Shown: positions 10,431 to 20,854 of the stretch, in pieces | Numbering within the stretch: position 1 is the stretch's first letter | Layout of the letters: every line of letters starts with the position of its first letter | NCBI GenBank assembly: GCA_963663405.2 | Contig: CAXXSM010000009.1 | Location: forward strand, 1 to 29,396 | Source of the DNA: a bacterium | GTDB taxonomy: Bacteria > Hinthialibacterota > Hinthialibacteria > Hinthialibacterales > Hinthialibacteraceae | Direction of reading: 5' to 3' | DNA: 29,396 nucleotides | The notes under the pieces: model-generated | What the model was told of the DNA's origin: nothing | Seen by the model: the letters and a program-made list of their open reading frames with translations, nothing else | Database searches by the model: none | Program-made: the position numbers and the translations under genes

Positions 10431-11938
10431 ATGAACAATTCTAAAAAATCACTTTTTAACCGGCGTAGTTTCATTCAGTCCGCTTCTTGTGGACTTGCCG
10501 CGCTCACGGCGGGACAGTCCTTCGGCTCCGTGCGAAAACGGAGGAATGTCGTCTTTGTGCTCAGTGACGATCATCGTTATGATTTTATGGGATTCATGAA
10601 AGGCGCTCCCGCTTTTTTAGAGACGCCGAATATGGATCGCATGGCGCGTGAAGGGGCGCATCTGGCGAACGCGTTTGTCAGCACGTCTCTCTGTTCTCCC
10701 AGCCGGGCGTCGATCCTAACAGGGCAGTATATGCGGCATCACGGGATTGTGGATAACCAGCGACCCGCGCCGGAAGGTACGGTCTTTTTCCCAAAGTATT
10801 TGCAGGAAGCGGGTATCAAAACCGCTTTTATCGGCAAATGGCATATGGGGCACGGGCGGGACGATCCAAGACCAGGCTTCGATCATTGGGAGAGTTTTCA
10901 AAGGGCAGGGAACTTACTTTGATCCCGAATTGAAATGTCAACGGAACACGCCGGAAATTCGAAGGCTATACAACCGATGTATTGACGGATCGCGCGCTCG
11001 CGTGGCTGCGGGAACGGGACAGTGAGGATTCGCCGTTTTTCTTGTATCTCATACAAAGCGGTTCATTATCCTTTCCAACCGGCGCCGCGTTATCAAGGCC
11101 GGTATGCGAAAGAGACAGTCGCGCGTCCGGAAACGATGGCCAACACGGAGCGTAACTACCAATCTCAACCGCACTGGGTGCGTGAGCGGCGTTATAGCAT
11201 CCACGGGATCGATCACATGGAGACGGGGCCGTATGACAACGATCCCGTGCCTTCGTTCGACGCTCTCTATAAACAATATTGTGAAACCGTTCATGGATTG
11301 GATGAGAATCTGGGGCGGGTGTTGGGACTATCTGGATGAATCCGGCTTGAGTCAATCAACTTTGGTGGTGTACATGGGGGATAATGGATTTGCGCTGGGC
11401 GAGCATGGTTTCTATGACAAACGCGACGCCTTCGAAGAATCGATCCGCGTCCCGATGCTCGCGTACGCGCCTGGATTGATTGAACCGGGCTCGCGGATCT
11501 CACAGATGGTTCAAAATATCGATATCGCGCCGACTCTGTTGGAAGCGGCGGGGCGCGCAAGCGCCAGAGAAAGCCGCGATGGACGGCCGGTCGTTTATGC
11601 CATTGCTTCTTGGTCAATCAGTTCCTTGGCGCGATCATATTTTGTATGAGTATTATTGGGAGTGGAATTTTCCCGCGACACCGACAGTGTTCGCGATCCG
11701 GGATGAGCGGTATAAGTATATTTTCTACCAAGGCGTTTGGGATCGTGACGGTTTTTATGATCTGCAGACCGATCCACATGAACGGCATAACTTGATCAAC
11801 GTCCCTGCGTATAACCAGCAAATTGAGGCGATGAAAAAAACAACTCTTTGATGAACTCGACGATCGGGATGGATTGACAATACCAGTAAGGGCGTCCATT
11901 GGGAGAACGGCTCGATCAGCGGAAGGAATCGGCGATAA
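10431..11938 (+). CDS. Tat-exported Cys-type sulfatase (arylsulfatase/GlcNAc-6-sulfatase-like); multiple indels, 3' end approximate
   Basis: Twin-arginine RRSFI, NVVFVLSDDHR, signature CSPSRASILTG, IGKWHMG, then in other frames YKAVH.PF, YMGDNGFALGEHG..DKR..FEESIRVP, NIDIAPTLLE, DLQTDPHERHNL. Confidence 0.85.
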
Positions 11939-11958
11939 AAGGAGTGGAGGCAAACGCC

Positions 11959-13082
11959 ATGAAATTAAAAATAGTGTTTATTTTAGTTCTATCCAGTTTA
12001 TTCAATTTACCTACAATTCTTTACGCGCAGGAGCTGCCAGAGCAGTATCGAGAGAAATTTTCGGATTCCTTTCCTATCCGTAAGCAGCAGCATTTGGACT
12101 TGGGGAATTATGTAGACCGGTTAATTGCGGAAAGAATTCAGAAAACACTTACATTTTTTAAACCCGATTATTCCTCTGTTGATTGTTATTTGAATTCGAT
12201 TTCCAAGTATCGGAAAGAATATTTTAAAACGATCGGCTATCCACCTCCTTACGAAAAAGTCGGATCGCTCGAAATGAAACTCGTGGGCGAGGACCGGTAT
12301 TGCAAGGTCTACCGGGTATGGTAGAGGTGTTGGAAGGGGTGAAAACATATGGATTTACCTGGTTCCAAGAGAATTGGATGGGCAAGCGCCTCTAATAATC
12401 GCGTCCACGGGGGCAGTGGTTGTCCGGAAGCGATCGTGGGGATCGATACGCGTGAAGTCTATCACAACATGGATTTGAGGCGGTAAAGAGGGGGTATATT
12501 GTATGGGCCCCGGAACTGATCGATCGGGTTAGCTACGGCGGCGATCCGAAAGTGAAAGAAGCGTATCAGCATCAGGTGGATCGAAAGCCAAACTTGCGGG
12601 AACCAGTCTCGTTGCGATTTTGCTGCACAAGATCAAATGCAGTGTGGACGCGTTGATTAAAAACCGTCCTGAAATCGACGCAAACCGGATCGGAATGACC
12701 GGCTTGTCACGCGGGGGGCGATATACTCTTCTCACTACGGCGTCTTTACCCTATATCAAATGCGCTGTTGTTTCAGGCATGTTCAGCGATCATGAATCCT
12801 ATCTGAAAAGAGGATCGGAGCGATCCTGAAACACCGGTGGATACTAATGTCTTGGAAAGTTTGGCCATGCGAATTCGTTGGCATGATCTGCCCTCGTCCA
12901 TTGTTGATTCAGATGGGAGTAAAAGATCCTGTTATTCCAATTGAAGGGGCGCGGGTGGAGAACCAGAGAGCAGCGCTTCATTATCAAAAACTTGGTGTTT
13001 CGGAAAACTATCAGTTTTGGAGCATTCAGGTGGTCATGAATTTCACTTAGATAGTTTGTTTGATTTTTTGAGAAGTATTTAA
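11959..13082 (+). CDS. Secreted alpha/beta-fold hydrolase (dienelactone hydrolase/acetylxylan esterase-like); multiple indels
   Basis: GGAGG then ATG 11959 with signal peptide MKLKIVFILVLSSLFNLPTILYAQ; nucleophile elbow IGMTGLSRGG (ORF 12620), CPRPLLIQMGVKDPVIP (ORF 12847), HSGGHEF near 13020-13045, TAA 13080-13082. Confidence 0.72.
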
Positions 13083-13469
13083 GGGGATTAGACTGAAGGA
13101 CCGCTTATTTTAGCTTATCCAATAAGTGAGTACGTAAAGTAAGAAAATTATTCTCTTTTCATGTAAGATTGCGTAACCATGTTTACCCAGCCTTGAAAAG
13201 GCAGGGCTATTGTAAAATTTCCCACAGGGACAAAAGAAAATAGGCCAGGATTTTTAATCCTGGGGATAGAGGAATATACAATCTCGTTATGAATAGCATT
13301 TACTAATAGTACCCATTTATCGGATGAGCCAATATAATTTCTTGTTGACATGCAATTCAAAAAGAACAAATATGTATATATCATAGAGATTTGAGAATTT
13401 AAGGCAGACAGGGAGGCCAGATTTCCAAACGCTATTGCATGACTTTATCCGGGTGTTGTGTAAGACGTT

Positions 13470-13860
13470 TCAGTTCCTGTCTCTCGGGTTGTCTTCCGCT
13501 TAATCTAGATATATATGTTTTTCTCAACAGGAGACGCTTAGGAACTTCTGAAATGGCGGACATGGTAAGATCCGGAGACACTCCTTGAAGGGAACACGGG
13601 TTGGATTTATCCTGGAACGAATGGAAGGTTATGGCTTGGACAAGCCAATAAGAGGGTAATCATTGCAGCATGTTTTGACGTGCATCGAGCTGAATCTATT
13701 CGTTCATACTAGACCTTTGACGATAGAGAAGGTGACAATGGTCAGATAGGGGCGCTCGATATCAATCTCTCTTGTAATAAACCAAGCAAAGGGGGAGCGA
13801 TAGGCCGATAGTCTTATGATCAGGATGTAAATACGAGAATGTGGATTTATTATTCCCTTG
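13470..13860 (+). pseudogene. Decayed, truncated paralogue of the N-terminus of the beta-propeller sensor kinase at 20855
   Basis: One frame (codon start 13515) reads MFFSTGDA*ELLKWRTW*DPE...WIYPGTNGRLWL...ACFDV...GDNGQIGALDI...GR*SYDQDVNTRMWIYY. This is colinear with the kinase's VAQESVHWRVWNDVD...YIKASPSGKIW...GWFDGY...RSGQIWTLDI...SRYVSKQAINEGNWIHY. In-frame stops at 13539, 13566, 13710 and 13809. Confidence 0.7.
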
Positions 13861-13916
13861 GATATAGTGATAGTCTCTTGCATTCGCGCTTGAATGGTTT
13901 TTTATGAGTATCGCGC

Positions 13917-14913
13917 TCAATTATCAAAGTGAAGTTCGGGCGTTTTATCCATATTTGTGGGACCCTGACTTAAATCGAAGAACGTTTCGAATATCTTGCC
14001 ACCGACTATGTTCAATTTGGTTTGAAATCGATCTAAATATTCGTGCAATCCTTGAGAGATGATTTCTTTGATCGAAGTGAAATCCAGTTCCGACCGCAAT
14101 CGTCCTAAATATTGTTCCGCCTCACTCATGAATGTACCGACAGGAGATCCCGATATTTTGTGTAGCGATTCTTCCGCCTTAAGCAGACAGTAATGCACAG
14201 CACGGGGGAAATGGTTATCCAGAATCAAGAACTTCGCAACGTATATCGGATCGATCGTTCCGTATTTCTGTTTGTACATATGAAAACCGCTCGCTGAACT
14301 CAAGAGCGCGGAGCATTGAATGTTGTCTATGGGCGTGCCGATATCGTAAGATTTTGGAAGCAATATAAAGTATTTCATATCGACGATCCGGGATGTTTTG
14401 TCGGCGCGTTCAAGCATTCGCCCCATTCGAGCGAAATGCCAGCCTTCATCGCGAGACATCGTCGTATCGGTTACTCCAATGAACTGATTACTCCCATTTC
14501 GAATCTGCGAGAAGAAGTCATGCAGTTGATCTAATTTGGGAGAAAATTTCTGAGCCCGCGTTATGGATAAGTAGAATGTATTAATTTGTTCCCACATTTC
14601 CGCAGAAAGTGATTTCCCGTATCGACCGGGCGTTTTTCGCGAGCGTTGGCGAGACACGAATAAATGGAATTAGGATATTCTGCATCAAACGTTAAAAACT
14701 GAATGACATTGGTTTCCCGTAAATTTATCGTACCGTTCTAAAAACCAATCTCGCTCGCCCGTAACGTTCACCAGCGGCTCCCATTGATTGTGATCTCCGC
14801 TGGGCATATCCAACATAAGTTTTAGATTCACGTCGACGAACCGTGCGACGTTTTCCGCCCTGCTCGATATATCGACTCATCCAATAGATTGAATCCGCTA
14901 CGCGACTTAGCAT
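13917..14913 (-). CDS. Alpha-E domain protein (DUF403); frameshifted near the 5' end
   Basis: [17 protein letters not shown] at 14913; later [59 protein letters not shown]. Confidence 0.88.
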
Positions 14914-14990
14914 AATCGCTTCCTTCTCGTGTCAACATCAAGCTGTCATTTGTTCTTGATCCAAATTCATGTTCGATTGAAACTGACCGC

Positions 14991-16428
14991 TCATTGATTT
15001 GCGACCACCCACGTATCTTACTTCCACCTCCTTGTGATGAATTGACGACAAGCGAACCTTTCTTTAAGGCCACTCGTGTCAATCCACCGGGAAGAACGTA
15101 TATATCTTCCCCGTATAAAATATAGGGACGCAGATCGACATGGCGGCCTTCGAAATGGTCGTCGACGACAACCGGAGTGCGGGACAGAGAGATCGTCGGT
15201 TGCGCGATGTAGTTTCGGGGATTGGCTTTAATGCGTTTCGCAAAATCCTTGCGTTCTTGTTTCGTTGAATTAACGCCGACCAGCATTCCATAACCACCCG
15301 ATTCGTTCGCCGCTTTGACGACTAACGTATCGAGGTTTTCCAATACGTATTTCATGTCGTTTTCATCCCAGCAAACATGAGTGGGCACGTTAGGAACGAT
15401 CGGTTTTTCATCCAAATAGTATTTGATGATTTTCGGTACGTACGAATAAATGACTTTATCGTCGGCGATCCCCGTTCCGGGCGCGTTCACGAGAGCAATT
15501 TTGCCTTGGCGGTACGAATCGAATATCCCTGGAACACCAAGCAGGGATTCTGGATTAAAGACTTCCGGATCCAGAAAATCGTCGTCGATTCGCCGATAAA
15601 TAACATCCAACCGTTGAAAGCCTTTCGTTGTGCGCATGTAAACTAATCCGTTGCGCACGACCAAGTCCCGCCCTTCAACCAATTCGATTCCCATTTGCCG
15701 CGCCAGGAATGAGTGTTCGAAATAGGCGGAATTATAAATGCCGGGAGTAAGCACCGCGCTGGTTGGATTCGATAACGTTTCTGGAACCAGATACTCCAGC
15801 ATTTCGCGAAGCCGGTTGGGGTAATCGTCGACTGCGCGGATTTGGGATGTTTGAAATACATAAGGGAAGGTTCGTTTTAAAATATGGCGGTTTTCAAGAA
15901 CGTATGAAACGCCCGATGGACAGCGTAAATTATCTTCGAGCACGTAGAAGCGGCCGTCTCTATCGCGTATTAAATCCGTTCCTGTGATGTGGCGCCAGAT
16001 CCCCTTGGGAGGTTTTAAGCCGATGCACTGTTTGCGAAAACTCGCCGCATTCAGGATTAAATCTTCCGGAATAATTTGATCTTTTAGAATCTGCTGATCG
16101 TTGTAAATGTCATCGATAAAGAGGTTCAGCGCAGAAATACGCTGTTTGAGCCCTCGCTCCAACACGCTCCATTCCTGATTGTCTACAAGGCGAGGAATAA
16201 TATCGAATGGGAAGATTTTTTCTCGTCCTTCTTTTTCTCCATAGACGGTGAATGTTATTCCCAGATTCATGAAAAGCCGCTTCCGCTTCTTTTTGTCTGC
16301 GAAAGATATCTTCTTTCGGCATTGAATTAATACGGTTAATCAACGATGTAGCGAATGAACGCGGTTTATTCTCATTGTTGAATAGCTCATCATAAAAACC
16401 TTCGGTTTTGTAATCATCAAAAAATCAT
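14991..16428 (-). CDS. Circularly permuted type 2 ATP-grasp protein (DUF404/407); indels near both ends
   Basis: Start ATG 16428 (AGGA upstream), FYDELF; [94 protein letters not shown](DTWV), TGA at 14991-14993 after restoring one base. Confidence 0.9.
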
Positions 16429-16453
16429 TGAACTATTCCTTTCATCGATCGTA

Positions 16454-17975
16454 TTATCCGTTGCTCGTTGGTTGACGCATGCGCAAATCCAACGTTAATG
16501 GATAGTCTTTATTTTTCGTAACAGATATTGCGCGCATTTGTCCCGGCGTATGACCGAACGATTCAAATCGAGACGCACGGCGCGACTCGGCTTCCAATGC
16601 ATTGATAGGAAACGTGTCGTAATTCCGCCCACCGGGATGCATAACATGGTATGTACACCCTCCAAGCGAACGTTGGTTCCAGGTATCAACCAGATCGATT
16701 ACCAATGGCGTATGTACAGGGATTGTTGGATGAAGGCAGGAAGGCGGCTGCCACGCTCGATACCGGATTCCAGCGCAGAATTCTCCCTTGCGTCCGGTAG
16801 GATGAAGGGGGGACGGGGATTCCGTTGCAAGTGATTTGATGTCGGGGATCGACGGCGCCGGAAATCTTGATTTGAATTCTTTCAAGCGACGAATCCACAT
16901 AACGAGAGGTTCCTTGCGAGGTCTGTTCTTCACCCAGTACGTGCCAGGGTTCGATGGCTTGCCGAAGTTCAATCTCAACATCATCGTATGCGACAACGCC
17001 AATCCGGGGAAACCGAAATTCAAAATGGGCTTCAAACCACGACTCTTTTAAGGGAAATCCAAACGATGTTATATTGTGTATGACGTCACAGAAATCCTGC
17101 CAAATAAAATGAGGCAGCATAAACCGATCGTGAAGTTGTGTCCCCCAACGAACAAGTTTTTCTTGATAGGGAACTTCCCACATCCACGCGCACAATGCGC
17201 GCAACAGCAATTGCTGAGCCAAACTCATTTGATAGTGTGGAGGCATTTCAAAACTGCGGAATTCCACCAAACCAAGCCGGCCCCTTGGTGAATTCGGCGC
17301 GTAAAGTTTGTCGATGCAAATTTCCGCCCGATGCGTATTCCCCGTAAGATCGACCAACAGATGACGAAATACTCGATCGACCAACCAATGCGGATGCGAT
17401 CCTTCTTTAGAAATTTGATCGAACGCAATTTCCATTTCGTGAACGGCTTCGTGCCGCGCTTCATCAACGCGCGGCGCCTGACTTGTTGGTCCAACAAACC
17501 AACCGGAGAATAAATAAGAGAGCGATGGATGGTTCAACCAATAGGCGATGATGCTCTTTAACAAATCAGGGCGGCGCAAAAAGGGACTGTCTTTCGTCGC
17601 CGGTCCGCCTAATACTAGATGGTTGCCTCCATTGGTTCCCGTGTGCCTTCCATCCAGCATAAACTTTTCTGTTCCCAATCGGGAAAGCCTTGCTTCTTCA
17701 TAGACGCCTTGTGTAACGTTTACCAATTCACCCCAGGAAAATGAGGGATGAACGTTCACTTCGATTACTCCTGGATCGGGAGTTACTTTATATTGATTTA
17801 ATCGTGAATCGCTTGGAGGATGGTAGCCCTCAATACGGACGGGCATTTTGAGTTCATTGGCGGTCTCTTCTATACAAACGACCAATTCTAGATACTGCTC
17901 GAGGTAGCGCAGGGGAGGCATAAAAACATACAGCCGTCCCTCTCGCGGTTCGACGCATAAAGCCGTGCGAACGAC
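16454..17975 (-). pseudogene. C-terminal half of a DUF2126 (putative amidoligase, normally transglutaminase-fused) gene; N-terminal half missing
   Basis: VVRTALCVEPREGRLYVFMPP, VTPDPGVIEVNVHP, EKFMLDGRHTGT.GGNH, HPSLSYLFSG.FVGPTSQAPRVDEAR, GNTHRAEICIDKLY, QLHDRFMLPHF, ELRQAIEPWHVLGEE, then frameshift near 16810 to AGIRYRAWQPPSCLHPTIPVH, HPGGRNYDTFPINALEAESRR, YPLTLDLR. Confidence 0.8.
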
Positions 17976-18420
17976 GCCGTCCCAACTCTGATTCACTCCC
18001 CAAGCGTCTTCCTGGGAATAGTACTCCGTTGGAATCCACGTATCACTAATGATTGCAATATGACTCGTCAACATTTCTGGCAAGATTTCCAACCAAATCC
18101 CTTTCCCTGAGAAACCGGCGGATAAAGAGGCGACTCCAGGAATGGCGCCTGGATTGAGTAAACTGTTTACGTTCAATTCCTCTAGTTCCATACTAACCGA
18201 CTCAAATGTCCCATCCGTTTTAGAGGCGCCAGTTGTTCCCGATGCCAACAAAGAATCGTATCCGGCAGTGAAAATAGTCTAGGTTTCCTTCTACACATTC
18301 CGCCCAGAAGTCTTCCCTTTGAACACGAACCGGGCCCGTTGATTATCGTTACGTAGTATGCGCTTTTTGCCTTGGACTTCGAGGAGCATCTTGATCACTG
18401 TATGCAGTAACTCGATTTCC
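17976..18420 (-). other. Unidentified coding-like fragment joined in frame to the DUF2126 half-gene
   Basis: The open frame upstream of VVRTAL (TIFTAGYDSLLASGTTGASKTDG...SAGFSGKGIWLEILPE...QSWDG) does not resemble DUF2126 and is interrupted by TAG codons near 18280-18293. Confidence 0.35.
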
Positions 18421-18680
18421 TGTTGCTACTATCGATTTACTCAACCTACTATTATTGAATAATTAAAAGCGCCATGGTTGGAAAATGAAATTCATCGTAT
18501 ATCCAGATTCAAAGTGAATGCCATAGGATCGGGGGAGGGATCTCAATGGGCCGGAATCATGGATGAGTATTTTCCTAGTCTTTTAATGAAGGGTGGTTAC
18601 AGTTTGATCGACTTTTTTGATCCTACGGAATCGAAAAAGAATGATTTGTTGATTCCAATTCTCAAAATCAAATAAACTTA

Positions 18681-18709
18681 TAGACTTTAAAATAATTGAA
18701 TGATAAGAT
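18681..18709 (+). promoter_or_regulatory. Putative sigma70 promoter for the gene at 18797
   Basis: TAGACT (18681-18686), 17 bp spacer, TAAGAT (18704-18709), with TG at the extended -10 position, in an AT-rich region. Confidence 0.4.
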
Positions 18710-18796
18710 TAATGAATTTCAAAAATAAACTGTTTTTTATTTGATTCTGGAGGATCTAAATTAGATCATTCTATAATAATAGGAGAGTAAAATACC

Positions 18797-20242
18797 ATGT
18801 ATAAAAAACGAATTATCATGCTGCGCCTGTTCGCTTTATTTTGTATTCCGTTCCTTGGAATCACACCTGGATTCGCCGCCACAACCCTTACACCGGGGAT
18901 ATACGCATTGGAAGACCTGACTGCCGATCCGGAACCTGTTACCGTGAACTCTGTCGGCACGGATGATATGGATTCTGATACGTTCCAAATCCCAACACAG
19001 GAAACATTTAATCTTGAAGTATATGAATTGACGCCGGGTTTTTACCGTTTCGTCAATGATCCAACCGCAAAAACCAATCCAGCTGCGCTGAACAGTGAAG
19101 TCGGAGGATTAAACTTGAGCGCGCTCACAACCGATACAGGGGCTGATGGTGTACTTTTTCGTGGCTTAGGCAGTTATCCAGGAGAAACAGCCATCAGTTT
19201 CGGTGTAATTAATGTGTTTCCTGACGCGCCTTTACTGCCAGACGGAAATCTGGATGTCGAACGCGCCGCTGGTGAAATTGGCTATCAATTTTACACTGGC
19301 CAGAACTACTTCGACATCAATGGCACAATTGGAGTTTTTGAAAATGTATCGATCGGCGATCATGGCAATAACAACACAGGAATTATCCGAACTCAGAATG
19401 GCGGCCGAACCTTTATGACTGATGTTTGGATTTATAATGTATATGATGGTATCTTTTTTAATGACACTGCAGACGGGTACTTCTTCAATTGTATTTTTCA
19501 TCAATCCTACCAGCCCTGGATACATATCGACGACGCGATGGCCGATGGATATTTCACAGAGGAGTGGAACACTTTTGTTATGCCCGATGGATTGCAAGGC
19601 AGTTCGTTCGCGGATGGCTTGCAATCTCTCGGCGTGGATATTACAGAAGAGCAGTATCCCCAAATTCAAGGGGTTGTTTTGCGAAATGACGCGACCTGGT
19701 CTTATAATATTACACTTATTCAAACTCGATACGATCCTGATTTTCAAAATGTGTACATGAAAAATTGTACTTTAGTTAAACACATCGTCCAGCATACAAA
19801 TCTTACTTGGAGTCACATATCCGGGAATGGGGCGGGTGTCTATGCTCTGCTTGAAGATTGTATGATACTCAATCTCGATACGAGTCCCAATACCCAAATC
19901 CGATTTGGTACCGATGGTGTTGACTTTGCGGGCAATATGTTCAACATCAAGTTTTGGAATTACGGCGGAAACGACGCCAATGTAATGGGAATGGATCCCA
20001 ATTGGCTGATTTTTGATGTCGATATGGAAACACCTGGCGGCTTAGATATCAGCGATGTTTCAGAATTAATCCGCCTTGATGGCCGGAAGTTAACTACCTT
20101 TAAACCCGGTTCAGTGGAATTGACAATGGCTAGTGATGGCGGTCCGATCGGTTACCGTTTACCGGCGACAGCGCCTGATGGCCCATTGCCGGTTATTGAT
20201 GAATCCGCTACTGTGGATGTTGATTTTTGGATGGTTTATTGA
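18797..20242 (+). CDS. Secreted protein of unknown function, probable beta-helix-like fold, C-terminal ...SATVDVDFWMVY motif
   Basis: 481-aa ORF, AGGAG RBS, signal peptide MYKKRIIMLRLFALFCIPFLGITPGFA; beta-helix-like turns FENVSI, FFNCIF, MKNCTL, LEDCMI; acidic. Confidence 0.8.
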   Translation: MYKKRIIMLRLFALFCIPFLGITPGFAATTLTPGIYALEDLTADPEPVTVNSVGTDDMDSDTFQIPTQETFNLEVYELTPGFYRFVNDPTAKTNPAALNSEVGGLNLSALTTDTGADGVLFRGLGSYPGETAISFGVINVFPDAPLLPDGNLDVERAAGEIGYQFYTGQNYFDINGTIGVFENVSIGDHGNNNTGIIRTQNGGRTFMTDVWIYNVYDGIFFNDTADGYFFNCIFHQSYQPWIHIDDAMADGYFTEEWNTFVMPDGLQGSSFADGLQSLGVDITEEQYPQIQGVVLRNDATWSYNITLIQTRYDPDFQNVYMKNCTLVKHIVQHTNLTWSHISGNGAGVYALLEDCMILNLDTSPNTQIRFGTDGVDFAGNMFNIKFWNYGGNDANVMGMDPNWLIFDVDMETPGGLDISDVSELIRLDGRKLTTFKPGSVELTMASDGGPIGYRLPATAPDGPLPVIDESATVDVDFWMVY

Positions 20243-20257
20243 TCAAGGCAGAAGTCT

Positions 20258-20578
20258 CTATACCTCATGCGAAAGAAAAGAACTTGTTGATCTCCGATAT
20301 GATGACCGGGGGTGTTTCGATTGATCCCCATTCAAAACAGTCTGCGATTTAGAAAATGACGTGCTCACCGTTGGAAATTTTATTCGTTTATTAATAAGTG
20401 ATGGTTTGAATAAATTAGGAATAAAATTGGTGGGAAATCTATTTACGCCAAAGTCGTTTAAATATAATGTCAAGTGATCTCCATCTAGATAATAAATCCC
20501 ATCCTGCTTTTGTCCAATTATAAATCTTATTGATTTGTTTATCCATAGCCGGATTCCTTTGTTCATTCCATTGTTCAT
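20258..20578 (-). pseudogene. Possible gene remnant with a TIGR03067-like segment
   Basis: DGIYYLDGDHLTLYLNDFGVNRFPTNF resembles the GIY.LDGD.L.L......G..RPT.F pattern of TIGR03067 domains; the rest of the ORF is not convincing. Confidence 0.25.
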
Positions 20579-20854
20579 TGTATGGTGATAGCGAATATCA
20601 TGGCGTTGGAATTTGTTTGATCCATTCTTCTTACCACTTGATTGTTTTGTTCGTTCAACACTTATTCTAATTGGTTGGAAACACCCATGTGGTGGAAATA
20701 GAGCATTCTAATGGTTAGTTGAAAGTGGAATTAAGACATTATTAAAACTTTCAAATATGAGGAAAAACGATAGTTGGGTTTATTTGAAACATGAAAGTGT
20801 TATATAATTGAATACGTCTCTATGCAAAACTTGTCGATTTGAATCCAATTAATA

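Noticed and set aside
11899-12324. Sulfatase-hydrolase fusion suggested by the ORF running through 11959
   Set aside because: A strong GGAGG RBS and a fresh signal peptide start at 11959; the read-through lies in the indel-rich block and is probably an artefact.
13148-13384. 78-aa minus-strand ORF, and similarly 18478..18675 on the plus strand
   Set aside because: AT-rich, no convincing RBS or motif; cannot be supported as genes.
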